Assembly: GCA_034530615.2 (NCBI GenBank)
Contig: JAVRCV020000068.1
Span: forward strand, 79,393 to 143,392
Source of the DNA: Aulosira sp. ZfuVER01
GTDB taxonomy: Bacteria; Cyanobacteriota; Cyanobacteriia; Cyanobacteriales; Nostocaceae
DNA length: 64,000 bases
Direction: 5' to 3'
The position numbers and the translations under genes were made by a program. Positions 23,340 to 31,632 of the stretch are shown one piece after another. Numbering within the stretch: the first letter of the stretch is position 1; each line of letters starts with the position of its first letter. A model generated the notes under the pieces. The model saw only the letters and a program-made list of their open reading frames with translations, did no database searches and was not told where the DNA came from.

Positions 23340-23548
23340 TGGATCTGATCGGGATTGAACCGATACCCTCCCTGTGAGAGTTGCACTCACACCTCATGCG
23401 AGTTGAAAAAGCTGTGGTAACACACGCAGGAATCGCACCTGCACTTATCGTTTAAAAAGCGATCGCTCTACTATTGAGCAAGTATGTAAGCTTCTTCTGT
23501 TAGGGCACAAGTGAAATCCGGGATCTCTACCGTTAGAGCTACAGACCC
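23340..23548 (-). ncRNA. tRNA-like shell with its anticodon loop replaced by scaffold RNA F
   Basis: Acceptor GGGUCUG/CAGAUCC-A, D arm GCUC-UAACGGUA-GAGA, T arm AUCGG-UUCAAUC-CCGAU. Confidence 0.75.
23393..23511 (-). ncRNA. Scaffold RNA F: tRNA-Lys(UUU)-like cloverleaf cargo
   Basis: CUUGUGC/GCAUGAG stem, CCUAAC/AACUC; D arm GCUC-AAUAGUA-GAGC; anticodon loop UUUUUAA; T arm GCAGG-UGCGAUU-CCUGC; internal ACCA. Confidence 0.8.
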
Positions 23549-23611
23549 AAGTTTGCATGATTGCTCTGCTCTGATTGCAGTCATTGCAACTTCAATCAAA
23601 GTCAAAGCAAG

Positions 23612-23692
23612 TGGAGCCGTCGGGAATTGAACCCGACTCCTGCAACCGTCCGTTTGTTGGTTTCGGAGCAGTCGAACGCCAATCGCGGCCCC
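23612..23692 (-). ncRNA. Minimal tmRNA tRNA-like domain (no tag ORF)
   Basis: GGGGCCG..UGGCGUUCGAC 5' end; GGAGUCGGG-UUCAAUU-CCCGA-CGGCUCC-A 3' end; G3.U70; stemless D loop. Confidence 0.75.
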
Positions 23693-23807
23693 AAAAGTGG
23701 GCAGTGCCTATGAGAGTTGTTAAGCTTCACTCTCAAACAGTGGCATCTATGCAGTTGTCACAGTTATGAGAGGTTGTAGTTTTGCCTCTTGAGGAGGCTT
23801 TTTTGTT

Positions 23808-23860
23808 GATACTACATTTGTAATACAAAAGCTACATGATGTCAAGGGGATACTACAAAA
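23808..23860 (-). promoter_or_regulatory. Candidate promoter/operator of the RNA-array operon
   Basis: TTGACA at 23845-23840 flanked by two TGTAGTATC copies (23857-23849, 23816-23808); -10 assignment uncertain. Confidence 0.45.
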
Positions 23861-24054
23861 TTTTTTGAGAATGCTTGTATTCCCTGCACAGTCTAAGGTA
23901 GAGCGTGGAGATATGTACTACACTGTTCTATAGCTTGTAGACAACAAACTCTGCGCGATCGCTCAAAAAGAGCAACAACCACTGGACGAATTATTCGACT
24001 ACAAGGCGAACAAGTCGGGAAACCCGATCCCGTTTCTAGCGTTGTTATAAAAAC

Positions 24055-24264
24055 TCAATCGTCTAACAAACTCATCAATGCTTGCACTTCGTGGTCTTGC
24101 GACTCGGATAACTTATGCCGTAATTCTAATATTTGATTTTCTATGGATTGCGCCGTATAGGCCATATTAGATTTTTGTGCAATTTTTAATTGATTTTCTT
24201 TAACTCTGATTTTCCTCAGCAATTCATTGACATGAGAAATCGGCTCATAATCTTGAAAAATCAT
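24055..24264 (-). CDS. Small coiled-coil hypothetical protein
   Basis: 69-aa helical ORF with AGGGT SD-like sequence. Confidence 0.6.
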   Translation of the reverse strand: MIFQDYEPISHVNELLRKIRVKENQLKIAQKSNMAYTAQSIENQILELRHKLSESQDHEVQALMSLLDD

Positions 24265-24563
24265 ACCCTTAAACCTATAAACAATTTCAGGGGTAAAGTT
24301 AAACTTGTCGCTTATATATGTTACGTGAAATGGGTTAGTTAAATCTTCATTAGGAATTATATATATTGTTTCAAACCAATAAAACTGATTCTTATAAAAA
24401 ACTTATTGTTAAGTTGGCGATCGCCTGACTGAGCCTCGAAGGCTTACTGAGTCAGACGTCATTAATTATTGTCCTTGTTTCTCTTGTCTTCCTTGACTCT
24501 TCAAACCTGGCGACTGAAAGTAGTTTCCTGTACCTCTGTTATCTAAATTCCCAATTGCTTATA

Positions 24564-25058
24564 TCATTTAGGAATTTTACAAGCATTCAAAATTTGCGGG
24601 AAATCCTTTTTTCTTGGACAGCTAGGTATACCTAAGCGAATCATTACAGGATAAGCATTTCCGTAGGAAGGGCAAGGGTCGAGGAATAAAATAACGTTAC
24701 CTTGTTTAATAATCTTACTATTTAACAAACACTTATCTTCTACAGGGTAAGAGGGTGGAAATTTGATAATATCTTTTGTAATTTCTCCTTGGGGACCTGG
24801 CGCACCCCAAATATCAAAAATATTAACTTTATTTCCTTTTTGTATCAGTTCATACATTGCAAACCCACCACGGAAACTATTTAAGTTTATACCGGGTTGT
24901 TGTTTGTTACCTTCTGCAAAGCCCAACACCCATCCTCCAGTAAGACTGCGTTTGGTCGCTGGTTTTGCCAGAATAGATTGTGTATTTAAAACTATATTTG
25001 CAAGCAGACCTACAGTTACAGAAGCTATAAAAATAGTTTTGAAAAATTGTTTTTTCAT
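24564..25058 (-). CDS. Hypothetical exported protein
   Basis: Signal-peptide-like N-terminus; four Cys. Confidence 0.6.
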   Translation of the reverse strand: MKKQFFKTIFIASVTVGLLANIVLNTQSILAKPATKRSLTGGWVLGFAEGNKQQPGINLNSFRGGFAMYELIQKGNKVNIFDIWGAPGPQGEITKDIIKFPPSYPVEDKCLLNSKIIKQGNVILFLDPCPSYGNAYPVMIRLGIPSCPRKKDFPQILNACKIPK

Positions 25059-25347
25059 GGTTAATCTGGGAGGATTCTCCCCTTATGATTCCCCATAAAA
25101 CACCAGCGATCGCCTTTTAAGCGTGCCAATTTAGATTTTTGTTGTTACTCCGGTAAAGAAGCAAGCTATAGAACTCAACGCCACTTGATAGCAGGTGCGT
25201 GACTATCGCTTAAAACCAAGGGGCGTTTATTTTGCATTTCATAAAGTTATCTTAGTTTTCTCTTAATATCAATAACTCAATCTCTCGATGATGACTATCA
25301 ATTGATCTACTACCAATAGACTTGATTCAAAAATTAAGGAGCATTTC

Positions 25348-26607
25348 GTGACCTTATCAAGGCGTCAATTTTTTACCCTGGCAGGCGCATCGGCTACAGG
25401 GGCTGTTCTTCTATCTCCTTTGCAAGCATTCTATGCTAAACCCGCGATCGCTGCGGGTCCCTACGGTAATTTAGTGCCAGACCCATTAGGAGTATTAGAT
25501 TTACCATCTGGATTCCAGTACAAAAGATTGTCTGAAACAGGTCAAACAATGACTGATGGGTACAAGGTACCAGGTGGTCATGATGGTATGGGTGCTTTTG
25601 CCGGATCTGGTGGCAATACAATTCTCATTCGCAACCATGAACTGGATTTCTCTTCTGCCAATCCTCTAAACGCTCCCAGTAGCAGCAAATACAATACCAA
25701 TGGGAGAGGCGGTTGCACTAAATTAGTTGTTGATTCTTTCCGCAACCTGGTAGAACATAGGGGAGTCCTGGCAGGAACTGTTCGCAATTGTGCCGGTGGT
25801 CCTACACCCTCAGGTTCTTGGTTAAGCTGTGAGGAAACCTTTCAAACCAATAACGGCAAGAAGCATGGTTATGTGTTTGAAGTTCCCAGTAGCGCAACTA
25901 CTTTTGTCAACCCCGTTCCCCTAACCGCAATGGGGCGCTTTAATCACGAAGCTGCTGCTGTAGACCCCAACACAGGGTATATTTACATGACAGAAGACCA
26001 GCCAAACGGGCTTTTCTACCGCTTCATTCCCAACAACATAAACAACCTGAGTGCTGGCGGTGCGCTATACGCCTTGAGGATTGTAGGGTCGTCTGGAATC
26101 AACACAGCTACGGGTTTCCCAAAAAATACGCCTAAAGCAGTGAACTGGGTACAGATTGCCAATCCCGACCCCAGCACTGATACTGTCAGAACAGCAGGGT
26201 ATAACAGCGGTGCAGCCAGATTTTCAGGTGGGGAAGGCATCTTTTATGGCGGTGGTTATGTCTACTTCACTTGTAAGAGTGGAGGTAGTACCGCAGATGG
26301 GCAGATATGGCGTTATTCACCCACTAATAATACTGTTGAGCTTTATATCGAGCCTAACAATTCTGGTACTCTGGACAATCCAGACAATATTGTGGTTTTC
26401 CCTGGCCGGGACATCTTCCTTTGTGAAGATGGGGATGGAACGGATTACATTCTGGGTATCACTCCCAGTGGCAGTCTTTACAAGTTTGGCAAGAATGCCC
26501 TCAACTCCTCAGAGTTCGCTGGAGTTTGCTTCTCCCCCGATGGTCAGACGATGTTTGTGAATATGCAGACACCAGGAATAACCTTTGCTATCTGGGGTCC
26601 CTGGTAA
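25348..26607 (+). CDS. phoX: PhoX/DUF839 family alkaline phosphatase
   Basis: Tat signal SRRQFF; RNHE, NCAGG, WLSCEE, GRFNHEA, DNPDN, CEDG, EFAG, NMQTPG. Confidence 0.88.
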   Translation: MTLSRRQFFTLAGASATGAVLLSPLQAFYAKPAIAAGPYGNLVPDPLGVLDLPSGFQYKRLSETGQTMTDGYKVPGGHDGMGAFAGSGGNTILIRNHELDFSSANPLNAPSSSKYNTNGRGGCTKLVVDSFRNLVEHRGVLAGTVRNCAGGPTPSGSWLSCEETFQTNNGKKHGYVFEVPSSATTFVNPVPLTAMGRFNHEAAAVDPNTGYIYMTEDQPNGLFYRFIPNNINNLSAGGALYALRIVGSSGINTATGFPKNTPKAVNWVQIANPDPSTDTVRTAGYNSGAARFSGGEGIFYGGGYVYFTCKSGGSTADGQIWRYSPTNNTVELYIEPNNSGTLDNPDNIVVFPGRDIFLCEDGDGTDYILGITPSGSLYKFGKNALNSSEFAGVCFSPDGQTMFVNMQTPGITFAIWGPW

Positions 26608-26748
26608 CTCTACGTGCTGTTTTAGCTTGGTCAGAGTAGAGAGCGATCGCATACATTTTGCCCGATCGCGACTCACAATTTTCGGTGCGTTAGGATTAAT
26701 ATCCATAACGCACGCTACTAAATTCTCATTGAACAGTTTGATCTCAAA

Positions 26749-27402
26749 CTACCTGTTCTCCGAAGGTGCTGGGCGATCGCCTTCACCTGGAGGATGAGGC
26801 GGAACACCAAGTGCATCTTTTAATTGTTGTTCAGTCACACCTAGCTTTGTCGCTGCTGCTTTAAAATCAGGGCGAGGTGGACGTTGATTGCGATCGCCTT
26901 CACCTGGAGGATTAGCCGGTACACCCAGCGCATCTTTTAACTTTTGTTCAGTCACACCTAGCTTTGTCGCTGCTGCTTTAAAATCAGGGCGAGGTGGACG
27001 TTGATTGCGATCGCCTTCACCTGGAGGATTAGCCGGTACACCCAGCGCATCTTTTAACTTTTGTTCAGTCACACCTAGCTTTGTCGCTGCTGCTTTAAAA
27101 TCAGGGCGAGGTGGACGCTGACTTCTGTCACCCTGACTTGGAGGATTAGCAGGTACTCCTAGTGCATCTTTTAACTGTTGTTCAGTCACACCCAGTTTCG
27201 CCGCAGCTGCTGCAAAATCAGGATGATGTGGTCGCCGCTGTCTGTCTTGTCCATTCTCTGGTTGGTTAGGCTGTTGTGAAGCCTGGGCAATGCGATGAGA
27301 TGGATTAGCAGCATTTACCTGATTCAGGGAAATCAAACCAAATGTGCCAGTTAGAACGGAAATTGCTGTTACGACCACTGCTTTATTAATATTCATGTTC
27401 AT
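26749..27402 (-). CDS. Exported protein with about four 39-aa repeats
   Basis: Signal peptide; RPPRPDFKAAATKLGVTEQKLKDALGVPANPPGEGDRNQ repeats (117-nt unit). Confidence 0.85.
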   Translation of the reverse strand: MNMNINKAVVVTAISVLTGTFGLISLNQVNAANPSHRIAQASQQPNQPENGQDRQRRPHHPDFAAAAAKLGVTEQQLKDALGVPANPPSQGDRSQRPPRPDFKAAATKLGVTEQKLKDALGVPANPPGEGDRNQRPPRPDFKAAATKLGVTEQKLKDALGVPANPPGEGDRNQRPPRPDFKAAATKLGVTEQQLKDALGVPPHPPGEGDRPAPSENR

Positions 27403-27513
27403 CCCCCGAAAGATTTAGTTGTTGATGTTTCTGATTTAACCGACTTAAAATTACAGTTCACCTTGCTTCTGAATTACAATTTTGTAATTTTTGTGCATAG
27501 TACCCTACTCCAA

Positions 27514-29013
27514 TCACGCCATTTGAAGCCCAACATCAAAGGTTGCTGTGTAACCTTGTCCATTCTTGGCGAGCTTCAGCAACATTTGCTCGCCACCATC
27601 TTGAAAAATTCCGTCATCAGCATTCTTCTGCGATCGCTGTCCTTTGCTGGCGTAGGGTGCTTGAGCGTACACGCGATCGCTTATCGCATCATCAAAATAT
27701 AGCTGGGATGTAAACTCGTAACCCTGCCCTGAAGTCCCATCCGTGCGGACTTTAAAGTGAATATGGACAGTTCTACCTTGATACCAACCAGGGTAAATGG
27801 TTGTGAACTGCACATTTCCCTGAGCGTCGGTTACTTGATAGCCACGCAAAAACTTTTTGCCAACGGTATTAAAACTGCGGTCTGTTACGTCCGAATAAAC
27901 ACCCAGTGCGTCACAATGCCAAATATCCACGATCGCACCAAACTGCCGAATGCAGTATCGACGAGAATCATCACCTGAAAGTGCTGGGTTAATTTTTTCG
28001 GCAAACAGAAAATCTGCTTTAATCCCAACTGTGCAGGAGAGGAAGTACCTTTTCCCCTCCATACACGAAAACTCCAAGGAATTCTCCACTGACCAACAAC
28101 CAAATACACCACAACCAAATGCAAGCCTCGTTTTCCGTTGTAGACACGGATTAAATCTTTAAATTGCGGAAATTTGCCACATTTTTCTAAAGTTGTCAGG
28201 TCAATGATGACTTGCAGACAAGGTTTACGTCCTTTTGGGCAGTAGGACAAAATCTCTTCAATAATCCGAGCGCGCGTAGTACGAATTACACCACGAGTTG
28301 ACCAATGATAAATATTCAGAAATCGGCTTAATGCACTGGCAGACTTACTTTGGGAGTGTTCAGGTAAAGGATGTCCTTGTGCCTGTAGGAACAATCCCAA
28401 CATTGCTTCTAAGTTCTGTTGCTGATATCTAGATGGCATCAATGACAGCAGAGTGTAAACTAGCTTTTGGGCGTGGGCAAGAATTGAAACCATTTTTCTT
28501 GCTGTTAATTATGCTTTTCACGCCCTTTTTTCTCATATTTGTGATGTTCAGTGCAAATCCATCTACTCTTTCAAGTTAGCGTTCGTCAAAGACGTTGGCG
28601 CAGCCATCGCCTGCTCTTTAGTAATTTACGTAATCTCACCCCTTATTTAGTTATATAAATTTCTTTTGTCTACTTAAACACTTGCTCACTGCTGAAGTCA
28701 CTTTTTTACACTCTTATTTGCCTATTAGTGGTCTATTCCCAGAGGTGCAAGATCTGAGATCCGCTGGATCGGAACGGATATCTGAGCGATTGAGCTTTTC
28801 GTCTACGAAATATGGCCCTTCAGTTTGCTGTGGACTCACGACACACGCAGGTGTAGATGATACTGGGACGGCTACAATCGTCTGTGCTTGTGTGGAACTA
28901 GACTTTCTCGGAATGCATCCCACTACAAATATTGCGGTTCCGACTGCTCTAAATAAAGCAAGTGCTTTTCTTCGAGTTAAAATCCTGCCTAATTGATGAT
29001 TTTTGTTTTTCAT
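27514..29013 (-). pseudogene. Intradiol ring-cleavage dioxygenase-like gene interrupted by an IS remnant
   Basis: 5' part (Tat-like TRRKAL, TEGPYF..RSDIR) at 29013-28760; 3' part (VDIWHCDALGVYS, LRGYQ, YPGWYQGRTVHIHFKV) at about 27940-27514. Confidence 0.85.
27940..28758 (-). mobile_element. Truncated DDE insertion sequence (IS701-like)
   Basis: Transposase N-half from 28493 (SASALSRFLN, IIDLTTLEK, LVDTAFG) breaks off at about 27940; likely end CTCAGATCTTGCAC at about 28758. Confidence 0.75.
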
Positions 29014-29112
29014 GATCTCTAACTTTTAAGTATTCGTAATTAATTCTCAGATGGGAATTTAAACCTCACTTGAAACTCAACAACGTGTAGGTGTCGTGTC
29101 TTTAATTACGCA

Positions 29113-29331
29113 TTACGAATTAGGATGATGAGGTTGCGGAAGACGCTTTTGCTTTTGTGGGCAGGGTTGGCGATGCTTTACCTATGGTTTTTCATTCGGT
29201 CTTTGCTGTTGTGCAATCTGTGCGTTGCGATCGCGTGGATTAGCAGCGTTTGCTTGATTGGGTGTAACAAAACCGAATGTACCAATCACAAAAGGAATCG
29301 CTACCACAGCTAAAACTCTACGAATATTCAT
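29113..29331 (-). pseudogene. Small exported peptide gene with in-frame TAG after codon 49 (or a 49-aa CDS)
   Basis: MNIRRVLAVVAIPFVIGTFGFVTPNQANAANP.. resembles the N-terminus of the 26749-27402 protein; GAGG SD. Confidence 0.5.
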
Positions 29332-29475
29332 CACAATTAACCTCGAAAATTAATGTTGCTGACATTTATGATTAATCCACTTCAAAATGACATCTTGCCT
29401 ACTTTCTAAATTACAGTTTTGTAATTTGGGCTAAAGAGTAATCAATCTAAAATGGAACAATAGATGAAGTAATGA

Positions 29476-30165
29476 ATGCTTGTGAACGTTCTGTTTGTCG
29501 AAGATGAAGCAAAAATTGCTAACTTCGTCCGGGCTGGGCTGAAGGAGCAGGGATTTGTCGTAGACTACTGCGACAACGGTGATGATGGATATCTGCGAGC
29601 ATTAGATAACGAATATGATGCGATTATTCTGGATATCATGGTGCCGGGAAAAGATGGACTATCGATTCTCAAACAATTGCGGCGGGAAGGGCGCAATACT
29701 CCGGTGATTTTATTGACGGCTCGCAATGAACTAGACGATCGCCTGCAAGGTTTGAACTTGGGAGCTGATGATTACATTGCCAAACCGTTTTTTGTGGAAG
29801 AGTTAGCGGCTCGCATTCATGCGGTTGTGCGTCGGAGTATAGGCGATCGCCAAAATTTGCTGGCGGTTGGGCCGATTAAATTAGATCGCATCACGCGGGA
29901 AGTTACTTGCAATCAACGGGCGATAGAACTTACCAGCCGCGAGTTTAATCTGCTGGAATATCTTATGCGCTCTCCCGGACGAGTTTTTACCCGTACTCAA
30001 ATCCTAGAGCATATTTGGGGCTATGACTTTAACCCCAACACCAACGTTGTGGATGTATGTATCCAGCGAATTCGCAAAAAAATTGACCCGATTGATGAAG
30101 CTAGTTGGATTGAAAGTATTCGCGGCGTTGGCTATCGGTTTCGCAAGCCAGAATCTTCATCGTGA
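29476..30165 (+). CDS. OmpR-family response regulator
   Basis: VEDE, LDIMVP, GADDYIAKPF, winged-helix IRGVGY. Confidence 0.95.
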   Translation: MLVNVLFVEDEAKIANFVRAGLKEQGFVVDYCDNGDDGYLRALDNEYDAIILDIMVPGKDGLSILKQLRREGRNTPVILLTARNELDDRLQGLNLGADDYIAKPFFVEELAARIHAVVRRSIGDRQNLLAVGPIKLDRITREVTCNQRAIELTSREFNLLEYLMRSPGRVFTRTQILEHIWGYDFNPNTNVVDVCIQRIRKKIDPIDEASWIESIRGVGYRFRKPESSS

Positions 30166-31625
30166 AACAACTTCGTTCATTTCGGCTCCGGATTGCTCTG
30201 TTATCTGCGGCTCTAGCTGGCAGTACATTAGTCGGGTTTGGTGCAGTTTCCTGGTTTCAGATTTACAATGCCAAGATTAGCCGCCTAGATGCAGAACTGT
30301 TAAATCAGTTGATGCGGGCTAGTCGTCCACCTGAGCGAGAGCGAGACTCCGAAGGAGTCGCTCCGCGATCGCATCTCCGCCCAGAACTATTACCCAACTT
30401 CGGAACCAATACCAAAACCCCTATTGCTCTGTTGGTACTTGATGCTAACGGCACCACAGTCTATCAATCTAACTCTCTACCTGCTGATATTGAGGTGAAC
30501 AATCTGCTAGTTAAGCGTCTTCAGTTAACACCTCTGCTAGCACCACCTCCTAGAGAACGACTAAATTCACCAGTAGAGCCACCGCCTTTTCGCCCACTTC
30601 CCCCGCAATTTGTTACAGAAAAGACAGTAACAGCAACTTGGCGAATTGGAGCAACTAAATTTCCTAATAGTCAGGTTGCTCTGGCTGTGAGTTTGCAAGC
30701 CGTCAATCAAGAGATGGCTAGCATTCGTAATATCTTCCTAGTTTCTATTCCAGTCGCATTGCTACTCGTGGCTGTAGGAGCATGGTTAATTTCTGGCGGG
30801 GCGTTGCGTCCCATCGGTCAATTAACGAGTGTTATTCAACAAGTGACAGTCAAAGGGTTAGATCAGCGCATTCCCATTGGCACAACTGATGTTGAATTTG
30901 TCGAATTGATTCAGGTGTTTAACCAAATGCTGTCACGCCTGGAACGCAGTTTTACTCAAGCCTCCCGCTTCAGTGCTGATGCTGCTCACGAACTGAAAAC
31001 CCCATTGACGATTTTGCAAGGCGAACTGGAAAGAACGCTGCAACAAGTTGACCCTGGAAGTGAAGTGCAACAACGCCTCAGCAATCTGTTGGATGAAGTG
31101 CGCCGCCTGAGTGGAATTATGCGCAAACTCTTGCTGCTATCTCTAGCAGATGCAGGACAAATGAGTTTGTATTTGGTTGAGGTGGATATGTCACAGTTGC
31201 TGATGGAGATGGTAGAGGATGTGGAATTATTGGCTCCTCACTTGAGTTTACAAACTGACATTCCTGCGGGATTGAGGGTAAAGGGCGATCGCGATTTGCT
31301 CATGCAAGTTCTGCAAAATCTGTTGAGTAACGCCATCAAATACAATCTTGCCAACGGCTGGATCGAAATTCACGCTCATCAAACCCAAAAAACTCTCCAG
31401 GTGACAATCGCTAATGCATCAAAAGACATTGCAGCTAGCGATCGCGATCGCCTTTTTGACCGTTTCTATCGCGGCGATCCTGCTCGTACCCGTAAAGTAG
31501 AAGGAATCGGACTCGGACTCAGCCTCGCCCGTGAAATTGCTCGCGCCCATCGTGGCGACCTCACCCTGAATTCTACATCTGATGGTCAAACAGCATTCAC
31601 TCTTACCTTGCCGATTACTAAATAA
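30162..31625 (+). CDS. HAMP sensor histidine kinase
   Basis: Two TM helices, AAHELKTPL, NLLSNAIKY, GIGLGL; overlaps the regulator stop codon. Confidence 0.93.
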   Translation: MKQLRSFRLRIALLSAALAGSTLVGFGAVSWFQIYNAKISRLDAELLNQLMRASRPPERERDSEGVAPRSHLRPELLPNFGTNTKTPIALLVLDANGTTVYQSNSLPADIEVNNLLVKRLQLTPLLAPPPRERLNSPVEPPPFRPLPPQFVTEKTVTATWRIGATKFPNSQVALAVSLQAVNQEMASIRNIFLVSIPVALLLVAVGAWLISGGALRPIGQLTSVIQQVTVKGLDQRIPIGTTDVEFVELIQVFNQMLSRLERSFTQASRFSADAAHELKTPLTILQGELERTLQQVDPGSEVQQRLSNLLDEVRRLSGIMRKLLLLSLADAGQMSLYLVEVDMSQLLMEMVEDVELLAPHLSLQTDIPAGLRVKGDRDLLMQVLQNLLSNAIKYNLANGWIEIHAHQTQKTLQVTIANASKDIAASDRDRLFDRFYRGDPARTRKVEGIGLGLSLAREIARAHRGDLTLNSTSDGQTAFTLTLPITK

Positions 31626-31632
31626 TTACGAA

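Noticed and set aside
27514..28089. 191-aa ORF as an intact gene
   Set aside because: Chimera of out-of-frame IS sequence and the dioxygenase 3' half.
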